IMG/VR virus record: IMGVR_UViG_3300038492_000068
Coordinates: 1 to 42,473 of that record
Length of the DNA stretch: 42,473 bases
From: a virus
Lineage: Duplodnaviria; Caudoviricetes
Reading direction: 5' to 3' (one strand)
Within the stretch, counting starts at the first letter, position 1; each line of letters opens with the position of its first letter. Positions 1 through 8,481 of the stretch are shown piece by piece. The position numbers and the translations under genes are program-made. Below the pieces are notes generated by a model. The model searched no databases and was not told the DNA's origin. It saw nothing but the letters and a program-made list of their open reading frames with translations.

Positions 1-215
1 AAAACGATCTCTCCAATCCTCACAGCCCCCCTCCCCCGGTCTCTCTAGGGAGAACAAATTGGTCTAAAAGCGGGAGAAAAAGAGAGCGTGAGAGACACCA
101 TTCCAGTCTCTCGAACGCTACCAAGCTGGGCTATTGGTAGCACATATAGATACTTTCTAAGTCTATACTACTATTATTCTCCAAAATGGTAGCAAATTAC
201 GACACGATTTAAGGG

Positions 216-244
216 TTGATTTGCATATAAATCGAGCGCATAAT
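216..244 (+). promoter_or_regulatory. Candidate sigma-70 promoter for the first early gene
   Basis: TTGATT (216-221), 17 nt spacer, CATAAT (239-244), about 50 nt upstream of ATG 295. Confidence 0.45.
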
Positions 245-294
245 ACAGGGACCAGTCGAGATTGGCTGGCAACCATAAACCAATAGGTGAAAAC

Positions 295-1089
295 ATGAAT
301 ACATTCAACAACTTAGCACTACCTGTCACTGTCTCCAATTGGCAGCGGTATAAACCGGAATGGGGCAAGTCAGACAGTACAGATTTGGCAATGCGCAAAC
401 TGGCTCAATTGGGCCTGATCTGGCCGGAAATGGTACAGGCTGATAAGCGCAAGCTGAAAGGCTACCGGACAGCTTTAGCCAGCGCGATCACTAGCGCTGA
501 AAATCATTTAGCCAATAGCTCGCACCATGTTCAGAGTAAGGGCGAATGGGTTAAGAAAGACAGGATCGGATCTCTACTCAATGCCATAGCCAAGCTGGAA
601 AAGCTTAACCCCGGAGTGTTGAAAGGAGGGCTACGGCTTAAGTCAGAGATGATCGAGATGGGTTGGCTGGTCTACGCAAAGCTTGAAGTGCTGGGTCAGG
701 ATAATGCCCATTACAGGCAGTCAGATTTACCGTGCGACGATCGCCAGACTGATAGGCCCAGCAAGGCTATCGGGTTAACTTTCCACGGAAAGCGAAAGCT
801 TCCCAAGCTGGCCGATTCTAAGCTGTCTCCCGAACAACAATGGCAAGCGCTCGCTATAGCTGATCTGTTTGGGCACAAGGGACTAGAAAAGCCCCAGCCT
901 AAGCAGGTAGTTGAAACCGCGCCATTTGTCGGACCTGTTAAGCCTACAAAACCCCGGCCGACTACTAGCAGGATAAAGCCCAGCGGCTACACTCCGGAGA
1001 TTGTGCCCGCCAATCCGCCCTTGCCTGAATGGGATGGTAGCTGGCAATTCGTCTATGCTGATGGTACTCGGACAGATTACCAGTTCTAA
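295..1089 (+). CDS. Hypothetical early protein with Pro-rich C-terminus
   Basis: Long ORF (track 262..1089); ATG 295 preceded by AGGTG; followed by a terminator; no recognised motif. Confidence 0.7.
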   Translation: MNTFNNLALPVTVSNWQRYKPEWGKSDSTDLAMRKLAQLGLIWPEMVQADKRKLKGYRTALASAITSAENHLANSSHHVQSKGEWVKKDRIGSLLNAIAKLEKLNPGVLKGGLRLKSEMIEMGWLVYAKLEVLGQDNAHYRQSDLPCDDRQTDRPSKAIGLTFHGKRKLPKLADSKLSPEQQWQALAIADLFGHKGLEKPQPKQVVETAPFVGPVKPTKPRPTTSRIKPSGYTPEIVPANPPLPEWDGSWQFVYADGTRTDYQF

Positions 1090-1109
1090 CAGCTAGATAT
1101 CGCCTTTAA

Positions 1110-1141
1110 GCCCGGTATGGTTCGCCCTGCCGGGTTTTTTT
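1110..1141 (+). terminator. Rho-independent terminator
   Basis: GCCCGGTATGG-TTCG-CCCTGCCGGGT hairpin followed by a T run. Confidence 0.8.
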
Positions 1142-1243
1142 GTGCCCGTCGATAAATCCCCTGCCTTTTTCAATCGTCGCTTACAGCGCATTCTACGCGG
1201 TCTCAGCGGCAGAGAACAAAACGAGAACATTCCCGGTCAGAGT

Positions 1244-1259
1244 TGGCACGATTCTTGCT
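1244..1259 (+). promoter_or_regulatory. Sigma-54 (RpoN) -24/-12 motif
   Basis: TGGCACGATTCTTGCT matches the consensus TGGCACG-N4-TTGCW exactly. Confidence 0.65.
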
Positions 1260-1308
1260 ACGCGCGCAGTAACAATCGCGCGGGAGCATTATAACGCGCG
1301 GAAAGGGC

Positions 1309-1328
1309 TGTGGATAAGCTGTGGATAA
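1309..1328. promoter_or_regulatory. Two tandem DnaA boxes
   Basis: TGTGGATAA at 1309-1317 and 1320-1328 (reverse complement of TTATCCACA). Confidence 0.7.
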
Positions 1329-1347
1329 AATCTGAATTTCCCTTTAA

Positions 1348-1360
1348 AATCAATAACTTA
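1348..1360. promoter_or_regulatory. IHF binding site
   Basis: AATCAATAACTTA matches WATCAANNNNTTR, with an A/T-rich flank. Confidence 0.6.
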
Positions 1361-1859
1361 GACCGATTACGGCTAAGGGGCAAAGGCTCGAAGCTGAGCC
1401 TTACAGACGCAAGCTGGCCCAGCGGAAACGCTGCAACCCAGCGGCGCAGGTTTGATCACGGCCGTTAAGAGTGGTCTAGGTATAGCGCATATCTATACCG
1501 AACGCGTAGCGGGTACACCATCGCAACGCGCCCTAGTGCCAGAGTCACAGAGTAGATCGGATGCTACTGTATTCGGATGACGTGCTTAAATATGGGGTTA
1601 GTCTTGGCCTGATAGAACAGGTCTCGATGATGCGCAGAGTAATGGTAAGAATGTACGTTCTTCACTGGAGATCAAGTGGAACGATCACGGGTTCAAAAGA
1701 TATACGGTAATTGAGTTTACCCGCACCTTCTAGGTGCCATCCTTCTATCCGGTACGGTCAAGTACACGGAAGCATTCTGTATGTGAGCGAGCTATAAGCA
1801 TGGTAACAGTGCTTATGGCTAAAGTACGTTCAGTCCGAGCGTGCTTTAGGTTTGGCATT
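1359..1859 (+). ncRNA. Candidate large structured non-coding RNA or structured leader
   Basis: No ORF of 60 aa or more; at least 10 hairpins plus long-range helices; G-U wobbles and GNRA loops on the + strand. Confidence 0.6.
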
Positions 1860-1908
1860 CGTCAAGAGTGTCATTCGCCCGCAACCCCAACTATATGAGG
1901 TAATCATC

Positions 1909-2427
1909 ATGAGCAAGAAAGTCGAAGTTACTGCCAAGAACTTCAATACCATTCTGACCTCTCAGGTCAACGCGTTTTCGAGGTTCCGTGACCGGCTGCA
2001 AGACCTTCTCGATTTTGCTCTGGTACAGGCCAGCAATGGCAACTACACGTACATCAATTCCATCGTCAACGCGAAGTTGACGGGCGTTGATCGCCGTGCT
2101 GTCCAGATCGCCATCGAGGACCACGCTGATGTTCAACTGATCCGTGAGGACGGTAATTTTCGGTTCAAGTCGAAAAAGACCAAAGGCTTCCAGTTCAAGC
2201 CGATGGCCGTGGCATGGTACAAGTATGCCCCGACTGCCGAGCCGGTTCCGGTCCATGCCGATCAAGGCGTAATCTCTCAGATTCGCCGTCTGTCGAAAGC
2301 CCTGAAGGGTGACGGCAAGGCGTACATCGAGAAAGGCGAGGTCAACAAGACCAAGTCGATCATCGCGCATCTGGCGAAAACTCCGGGTCTCGACGCCGAG
2401 AAAGTCAAGGCAGCAATGGCAGCATAG
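1909..2427 (+). CDS. Hypothetical early protein
   Basis: Track 1852..2427; GAGG RBS before ATG 1909; strongly biased codon usage. Confidence 0.8.
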   Translation: MSKKVEVTAKNFNTILTSQVNAFSRFRDRLQDLLDFALVQASNGNYTYINSIVNAKLTGVDRRAVQIAIEDHADVQLIREDGNFRFKSKKTKGFQFKPMAVAWYKYAPTAEPVPVHADQGVISQIRRLSKALKGDGKAYIEKGEVNKTKSIIAHLAKTPGLDAEKVKAAMAA

Positions 2428-2444
2428 ACGTTCCTGGGCTGTAG

Positions 2445-2489
2445 TGTACAGCAGGTTGGGGGTCATTCTGGCCCCCTTCCTAGTGTGCA
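2445..2489 (+). other. Long intergenic hairpin, possible RNase III-type processing site
   Basis: TGTACA..AGG..GGGGGTCA-TTC-TGGCCCCC..CCT..TGTGCA interrupted stem with no U tail. Confidence 0.4.
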
Positions 2490-2517
2490 TTCCGCACCGC
2501 AAACTGGAGGTATAGCC

Positions 2518-2712
2518 ATGACAGCAAAATGCGAAGCTATCGAGCGCTATCCTATCGTCCGTGACGGTCAGGTAGTGATGGTGACTCGTTACGAGCCGAC
2601 TAAGGCCGATGCTGTAGAAGGTGACACAAGTCGCCTGTCGTTCTACTCTCGGCGTCAGCGTCTCAATAGTCAACCAGTACGTGACTATCTGAAAAAGGAG
2701 GGCAAGTTATGA
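2518..2712 (+). CDS. Hypothetical protein
   Basis: GGAGG RBS before ATG 2518 (track 2485..2712). Confidence 0.7.
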   Translation: MTAKCEAIERYPIVRDGQVVMVTRYEPTKADAVEGDTSRLSFYSRRQRLNSQPVRDYLKKEGKL

Positions 2713-2879
2713 GTGTAAGTACCTATATTACACTGTGGCAAGATGAAGTTCAGCCGGATATTCTGTGTTCTGAAACTCTGGAAGCAGAGGATTTTGTCAA
2801 TGACTTCAATGTCGGGGATATTCTGTCTTATGACGTAATACTTACTGATAGCCTAACCGGCAAGGTGGTGGAAAATTAG
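2709..2879 (+). CDS. Small acidic hypothetical protein (56 aa, MSVSTYITLW...)
   Basis: Read by hand; ATGA overlap with the upstream stop; GGAGG upstream. Confidence 0.6.
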   Translation: MSVSTYITLWQDEVQPDILCSETLEAEDFVNDFNVGDILSYDVILTDSLTGKVVEN

Positions 2880-2950
2880 CAATAATAATAATAAAATCAT
2901 CACTCTGGCCGCAATATAATTTCTCTTTACGAGTAATTTTCACCTATTCC

Positions 2951-2975
2951 ACCCCGCTTCGGCGGGGTTTTTTTT
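2951..2975 (+). terminator. Rho-independent terminator
   Basis: ACCCCGC-TTCG-GCGGGGT followed by T7. Confidence 0.85.
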
Positions 2976-2984
2976 GGAGGCGTT

Positions 2985-3362
2985 GTGAAAAACTATTCCT
3001 ATAGTGTCCATAATCAGGGGAAAAATCATCCCTTTCTCTACCTCGGAATTCCCTCCGGCCCCTTGATAAAGGATTACCCAATTTGTAAGGGCCCATTTTA
3101 TCGTATGTTTGGCGAGCCTGTGATGCCGTGGACATGCGGTCTTCTCTCTATTTCCGACCATCGTATTTCCCTCCCCAGACCTCATGAAAAGTATTACAAT
3201 ATCTCCCATGAGGGCAGATATGAAGGTTCTGTCCGTTTCATCGACGAAGGGGAGGTGTTTGGCCTTATGGGGCCTACTTCAGAATTCGTTTACCAGCGTC
3301 ATTCTACTGCTGGTTACGAACAAGGGCAGGCGTGTTGCCTGCAATTTCTTTTAATCTTCTAA
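2985..3362 (+). CDS. Hypothetical protein
   Basis: GTG start with GGAGG upstream; fills the gap between genes; no motif. Confidence 0.4.
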   Translation: MKNYSYSVHNQGKNHPFLYLGIPSGPLIKDYPICKGPFYRMFGEPVMPWTCGLLSISDHRISLPRPHEKYYNISHEGRYEGSVRFIDEGEVFGLMGPTSEFVYQRHSTAGYEQGQACCLQFLLIF

Positions 3363-3381
3363 CCTAAAGGTGTTTTCACTT

Positions 3382-3810
3382 ATGAAAAAATTGCTATCCA
3401 TCGGCGTCCTGTTATGCGCCACATTTCTTCTCGCCGGGTGCCCCGATGACGCCAACGTTGCCAAGAAAAATCTCACCAAAGCAGCGGATAACTTCGAACT
3501 GATGCGTCGAGTCGTGTTTTTGAACACATGGACCGGTGAGAATGTCCTCATCATCGAGGGCAGATGCAATATTGAGTACGGCAATATCCGAACTTCGGTG
3601 ATCTGTAAGGTCGGCCCGAATATGTACAAGCGTAATTTCCTCGGAAACTCCGGGCAAGTTACTGCTTATGTCGAGCAGATGGCAGCTGTGCCGGTGAATG
3701 TCTACCACTATCGCCGCACATTCAAACCTCAGGTAGTTATTCCTGACATCGACTTTCGTGGAAGCGGAAGCGCGATCATCAACGCCGTGACCCCCGACAA
3801 CAACGACTAG
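3382..3810 (+). CDS. Conserved phage lipoprotein
   Basis: Signal peptide with lipobox LLAGC; ADNFE..RRVVF.N, IEGRC and YHYR..FKPQ..IPDID motifs of a widespread phage lipoprotein family. Confidence 0.8.
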   Translation: MKKLLSIGVLLCATFLLAGCPDDANVAKKNLTKAADNFELMRRVVFLNTWTGENVLIIEGRCNIEYGNIRTSVICKVGPNMYKRNFLGNSGQVTAYVEQMAAVPVNVYHYRRTFKPQVVIPDIDFRGSGSAIINAVTPDNND

Positions 3811-3820
3811 GAGGTGACCT

Positions 3821-4015
3821 ATGTACGTAGTCAAAATCCACACCAAACAGCGAGGTGATCAGTACATCCTACGCTACGAAGCGGGACAGAAAAAGGTTCT
3901 GTTCACAGAAAACCTCGATGATGCCCAGTGGTTTCAAGATATGACTGTGGCACAAAAGGCACGCGATACTGTTATTGAGCGGTGGCGTAAGGCCAATATC
4001 TTGAGGATGATCTGA
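3821..4015 (+). CDS. Hypothetical protein
   Basis: GGAGG RBS; coupled to the next gene. Confidence 0.7.
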   Translation: MYVVKIHTKQRGDQYILRYEAGQKKVLFTENLDDAQWFQDMTVAQKARDTVIERWRKANILRMI

Positions 4016-4233
4016 TGTATGACTTAGAACTCTTAGGTATTTTCCTCCTATACTCCAGTATTGTTTTGGTGTTACTTTTTGTTTTATATATCCCCATCGA
4101 GGTTATCTGGGGTATTGAGGATAAAAAGATAAAATACTTCTCACTCATAGTTTGGTTGGGAACGATTGTAGGCGGTTTCCTGATTGTAGCTGGGGAATTC
4201 ATCCAAGAAAGTTTTGGGAGGCTAGTAGGATGA
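4015..4233 (+). CDS. Small membrane protein with 2 TM segments
   Basis: Two hydrophobic stretches; TGATG coupling. Confidence 0.65.
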   Translation: MYDLELLGIFLLYSSIVLVLLFVLYIPIEVIWGIEDKKIKYFSLIVWLGTIVGGFLIVAGEFIQESFGRLVG

Positions 4234-4610
4234 AGTATTATGAAATTAAACACATCGTCAATCAAATTGACTACAAGCCCAACTGGCACTTCGATTTGGT
4301 GCTGGAAAAAGCTGGCGGAAGACCTTATTTACAGGCTCATTTCGTCCCTGATAATCCTGTTGAAGAGTCGTGGAAGTCTGCCAAAGTCTACCTGTCTTAT
4401 CACATGTGCAGGCAAGAGATCGTAGGTTCAGTATTCAAGATGATAAGGGACGCTGAAGAGCACGAGATGCGGGAAGCATTCCGCTATCGTGGAGTCTCCA
4501 TCTACAACTGTCATCTTGATCCGGATTGGCTCTCGGATCAGATCATGGATGTCCGTAACTCCCGCCAACACATCAACGTGCGTGAAAACGCAATGAGCAT
4601 GGAGGAATAA
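4230..4610 (+). CDS. Conserved phage hypothetical protein
   Basis: Track 4152..4610, likely start ATG 4230; W....YLS.HM...E.V...F......EEHE.REAF.YRG motif. Confidence 0.75.
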   Translation: MKYYEIKHIVNQIDYKPNWHFDLVLEKAGGRPYLQAHFVPDNPVEESWKSAKVYLSYHMCRQEIVGSVFKMIRDAEEHEMREAFRYRGVSIYNCHLDPDWLSDQIMDVRNSRQHINVRENAMSMEE

Positions 4611-4612
4611 TC

Positions 4613-5041
4613 ATGAAAGTTATCAGAGTAGCAGTCGCTTTACTGATCTTCAGTCTAATTATAGCAATCATCGGATTAAATGATTGCGAAGCAGACTGGT
4701 CCGTTCAGTATATGCCTGTGTCCAATCACAACGGTGATCCGGGACTGAACGAGAAACACAACGGCGTTGGCCTTACCTACTCAGATGGAGATTTCTCTGT
4801 CGGAGGCATGAGGTATAAGAATAGTCACAACAGCATGACTACCATGATACACGTTGGAAAGACAGTAGAGAGAATAGGAGACTTCACTATCGGAGTCAAG
4901 GGGGCTTTCGTAACAGGCTATGAAGACCACTTAGCAATACCTGTAGTCCCTTTGTTACATCTGTCTTACACAGAGTATGTCCACCTAATAGGCATACCGG
5001 GAGAGGTGACAGCCCTCGTTTTTTCCTTTCCTTTGGAGTAG
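4613..5041 (+). CDS. Putative outer-membrane beta-barrel protein, PagP-like
   Basis: Signal peptide; NEKHNGVG, YKNS and G.KG.FVTGY...P..P pattern; amphipathic C-terminal strand (LVFSFPLE). Confidence 0.5.
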   Translation: MKVIRVAVALLIFSLIIAIIGLNDCEADWSVQYMPVSNHNGDPGLNEKHNGVGLTYSDGDFSVGGMRYKNSHNSMTTMIHVGKTVERIGDFTIGVKGAFVTGYEDHLAIPVVPLLHLSYTEYVHLIGIPGEVTALVFSFPLE

Positions 5042-5043
5042 AC

Positions 5044-5136
5044 ATGGATAAGATTACTTGGTTATACGTGATTCTTATCACTGTCGTTCTTCTCTTTCTG
5101 GTATTTGTGTTTAGCCTGTTAGAGAAACCTGAGTAG
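5044..5136 (+). CDS. 30-aa single-TM peptide (MDKITWLYVILITVVLLFLVFVFSLLEKPE)
   Basis: Read by hand; GGAG RBS. Confidence 0.55.
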   Translation: MDKITWLYVILITVVLLFLVFVFSLLEKPE

Positions 5137-5212
5137 AGACAAATCTTTGTCCCTTATTTCTATTATTCTCCAATGGGGATTAAAATTACGACATGAGGTT
5201 TAAAAAAAAATT

Positions 5213-6094
5213 ATGCCAATAAACTACGAATTCTATAACCCGAAGACGGGTAAGGTTGTTTTGAAAGTGCACTCGGCAGCTTGTTTCGCCATGTTTCATG
5301 CTTTAGTAGCCCAGGCCAGGGAGCTTGATGCTTCTATTTGGGTACGTATTCGTCTCGATTTACAGAAAGGGTATAAAAAATGCTCACCCCCTCTTCGTCT
5401 TGTATACGAGGATATGTTTAAAAAGCTGTTTCGTTATAAGCTTTTCGGTCCAAGAGGTGGCAACTCGTTAGTCAACATCGTGAAAGACCCGAGTGATCCT
5501 ACTATGATTACTGCCCTCGAATACGACCCAAGAGTGCCCGGCTACCTGTTATACGCTTCAGCGTCTATCTTCAGGAATGCCGATGAGTATCCAAATCAGG
5601 GAAAGCTCTGGCAAATGATCAGTAAGCTGGAGAAAAGACATTGTGTAAGGATAGAGCCGTGGCTTAAGTTTGCTGCGGCTCAGGCGTTCTCACTCAAAGG
5701 TGTGAATTATTTCGATCCGGAGCCTAAACTTGTGGCCTATCCTATAACTGGTCATCAGGTTATTGATGGCTACCTGACACCGAAGGCGCTGAAATCTCTG
5801 ATTGCTCAGACCAGAGAGGATTATTTAAAAAGGGCACCGGGGTATGTCAAACACCCTCAGCGAGTCACTGGAAGGGACTTATTCATGACTGGGGAGAAGC
5901 TGGACTCTCGACATAGTCGGATAATGAAGAGCTGTCTTGCAAAGTGGATCACAGACACTGGCGCTTTGATCAAGAAAAAACCGAGTAAACGGGAATGTGA
6001 ATCATACACGAGGATAGGGCTACCTATTCCCATGGAAACATTCTTCGATTTAAACAAGCTCGTCAAGGGCTATACACCAGAGGTATTATCATGA
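5213..6094 (+). CDS. Hypothetical protein, first gene of the ligase cluster
   Basis: 293-aa ORF with ATGA overlap to the next gene. Confidence 0.75.
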   Translation: MPINYEFYNPKTGKVVLKVHSAACFAMFHALVAQARELDASIWVRIRLDLQKGYKKCSPPLRLVYEDMFKKLFRYKLFGPRGGNSLVNIVKDPSDPTMITALEYDPRVPGYLLYASASIFRNADEYPNQGKLWQMISKLEKRHCVRIEPWLKFAAAQAFSLKGVNYFDPEPKLVAYPITGHQVIDGYLTPKALKSLIAQTREDYLKRAPGYVKHPQRVTGRDLFMTGEKLDSRHSRIMKSCLAKWITDTGALIKKKPSKRECESYTRIGLPIPMETFFDLNKLVKGYTPEVLS

Positions 6095-6837
6095 GTAAAC
6101 GTACCATCGGCCATGATTCGGAGTTTGGCCTCTCCCGTGGAGGTAAGATTATCTCCGCACTAAACGTCCTCGAACGTGTGGATATGGAGGAAGGATCGTT
6201 CTTCCCCGACAACATGAACTGCGAGATAGCAATCACACCAGTCACCACTCTCAAGGAATTCCACCGTAAGACAGAGACACTGCTCGGTGCTGTCAAAGAC
6301 ATGGGGTTCGATCTGCTGTTCGACCCGGTCATCACCTATCCGGATAAATTCCTCGACCACCCTGAGGCCAAGATTGCTGGCTGCCTCCCCGACTTCTCTG
6401 CCTATATGATGGAGCAGAACATAGCCCCTGACCTTGCCGCCGATGGTAAGCGTAGTTGTGGTGCCCATGTCCATGCCTCTCTCGATGACGGCAACCCTTA
6501 CTGGTTTGCCCGGTGGATGGATATGTATGTTGCCCTACCTCTTCTTCAGTATGAATCGAAGAGCGACCGGCGTGCAATGTATGGTGCTCCGGGCTGCTTA
6601 CGTGTAAAGCCATACGGCGGGGAGTATCGTACATTGAGTAATTTCTGGGTACACCGGAAAGAACTGAGAGAGCGTGTCTGGGAAGGCACTATGAAAGCCG
6701 CTGAAAAATCTAAGGATTCTGACCCGACTGATGTTTCTTGCTGGCCTGAAGTATACCGAGCCATCATGACACACGATCTGCCCCTGGCTGCGGACACAAT
6801 GGAGGCCTTGAAACAAGAAGGAGTATATGTCACATGA
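6091..6837 (+). CDS. phiEco32-like COOH-NH2 ligase type 2
   Basis: IGHDSEF, DNMNCE, GCLPDF, RSCGAHVH, RRAMYGAPGCLRVKPYGGEYRTLSNFW. Confidence 0.9.
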   Translation: MSKRTIGHDSEFGLSRGGKIISALNVLERVDMEEGSFFPDNMNCEIAITPVTTLKEFHRKTETLLGAVKDMGFDLLFDPVITYPDKFLDHPEAKIAGCLPDFSAYMMEQNIAPDLAADGKRSCGAHVHASLDDGNPYWFARWMDMYVALPLLQYESKSDRRAMYGAPGCLRVKPYGGEYRTLSNFWVHRKELRERVWEGTMKAAEKSKDSDPTDVSCWPEVYRAIMTHDLPLAADTMEALKQEGVYVT

Positions 6838-7703
6838 GTATTAATTTTTGGCAACGCAAGCTTGCCGGATGTTACGTCCTACATAAGGACAAGTACAAGT
6901 TAGTTGATATAGTTACCACGGATAAAAAATTTGTTCAGGAGTTGCTGCCCGAGGATAGCTGCAAACTGGCGCGTTTTATCACTGACACCGGCGAGGATAT
7001 GAAGTGGGAGGATATGTCTATTGTTTTTCCTGAAGAGCAGTACGTCCGTATTGATGGAAGGCCTATCTTCGGAGCACGTGTCCTGAAAAAAGCGTGGAGA
7101 CTTGGTCCATCAGTTGAAACTTATAAAATTCAACGAGGTTTCGGCGTCGGCAAGTGGTTGAATGCTACCCTCGAAGATTTACAGACCGACGACCCCGAGT
7201 TAATCTACGACACCCAACGTAAAGACCCCATCTTGTTGAGCAAATCATTGGTTATACATCCAGTGAGTGTCCGTCAGCTCAATGTTCATTTGATGAATAA
7301 AGATGTGGGTGTCATCCGACGGAACAAAGACAGCCAAGTCCTCAAGTGGAGGAAGAAACCTTTGCCTCCTGCCTGCTCTCCTTTCTTATCCGGTATTGCG
7401 GATAAACGTATGCCTATAAAGTGGCCCAATGGGTTTCCTGCTGAGAAGGGCAATGCAGTAGAGTGGGACCCGCAACAAGTTGTTGAGGAGTTGGCTCACC
7501 ATTGGTTGGTGGTAGGTACGCCTGAAGAAGTTGATGATTGGACTATCTATATTCACCAAGAGAACTTTCAAGCTCCAGAATACATGATCATGGGGCTTAC
7601 CGGAGATCAGTGGGAGATTACGAAGGTAGACGAAATACCTGAGATCGCCTGGTCTGTAACATCGGACATAAAGAAGATCATGAAACGAACCGGGATGATT
7701 TAA
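6834..7703 (+). CDS. Hypothetical protein in the ligase cluster
   Basis: 289-aa ORF translationally coupled on both sides. Confidence 0.75.
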   Translation: MSINFWQRKLAGCYVLHKDKYKLVDIVTTDKKFVQELLPEDSCKLARFITDTGEDMKWEDMSIVFPEEQYVRIDGRPIFGARVLKKAWRLGPSVETYKIQRGFGVGKWLNATLEDLQTDDPELIYDTQRKDPILLSKSLVIHPVSVRQLNVHLMNKDVGVIRRNKDSQVLKWRKKPLPPACSPFLSGIADKRMPIKWPNGFPAEKGNAVEWDPQQVVEELAHHWLVVGTPEEVDDWTIYIHQENFQAPEYMIMGLTGDQWEITKVDEIPEIAWSVTSDIKKIMKRTGMI

Positions 7704-8479
7704 TGAAAGTGTCAAAAATATTAGACCGAAGACTAGCTGAGATTCCCTGCACAAGGGACGAGTCGCGACCTCACCCTCATGCCTCAGTAGGTATCGAGTA
7801 TGAGATTGAAAATCTTCAGGTTGCGCCTGAAAACCTGAAGAGGTGGCAAATTGACAATCGAGAAGGCTCGATAATCAACGGCGTCGAGCTAGTATCTGAT
7901 CCTGTGTGGGGTACGGCTATCGGAGACGCATTAGCTGAGTTGGATGAAGTGATTCGAGGGCAGAAGATACGTCCTTCCTTTCGTACTTCAGTTCACATCC
8001 ACCTGAACATTCTCGACATGGAGGTGGAAGAGGTCAGGAACCTCATCAAACTCTACCTGATGTATGAGCCTGCGTTGTTCCGTCAACCAAAATGTGTGGG
8101 ACGGGAGAATAACATCTTCTGTGTGCCTGCTTGGAAATCTGTTGAAGTCCAACAGTCTTACTCTGCCCTAGTGAATGACCTGCTAGGACAGCGGGGTCCG
8201 ATACGGATGTACCTCAGCTCGAAATATGCTGCCATGAATCCTAACTCTGTCCGAACTTTCGGGACGCTAGAGTTCAGACACATGGGAGGCACCGACGACG
8301 TGAAAGAGATTGATGAATGGATCAACATCCTTCTCCAGCTCAAGGTAGCAGCTCAGGCAAACGCGCCCTTCGAAAACAGGAATAAAGTGTGGGGTAAATA
8401 CTCAGACAAAATGATCCTGTCTGACGAGGAAGTACAACGAGGGGCCGAGAGTATAGCCCTATTTGACATCTGGAGGTAA
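7703..8479 (+). CDS. Putative amidoligase (Amidoligase_2-like)
   Basis: VGIEYEIE, EGS...GVELVS, RTSVHIH, KYAAMN, GTLEFRH. Confidence 0.85.
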   Translation: MKVSKILDRRLAEIPCTRDESRPHPHASVGIEYEIENLQVAPENLKRWQIDNREGSIINGVELVSDPVWGTAIGDALAELDEVIRGQKIRPSFRTSVHIHLNILDMEVEEVRNLIKLYLMYEPALFRQPKCVGRENNIFCVPAWKSVEVQQSYSALVNDLLGQRGPIRMYLSSKYAAMNPNSVRTFGTLEFRHMGGTDDVKEIDEWINILLQLKVAAQANAPFENRNKVWGKYSDKMILSDEEVQRGAESIALFDIWR

Positions 8480-8481
8480 AT

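Noticed and set aside
1359-1859. Group I/II intron or tmRNA
   Set aside because: It does not interrupt an ORF, and I could not find group I core elements, a group II domain V, or tRNA-like ends with a tag peptide; a covariance search is still needed.
1891-2673. 260-aa minus-strand ORF
   Set aside because: Antisense shadow of the codon-biased + strand genes at 1909-2427 and 2518-2712; it runs against the arm orientation.
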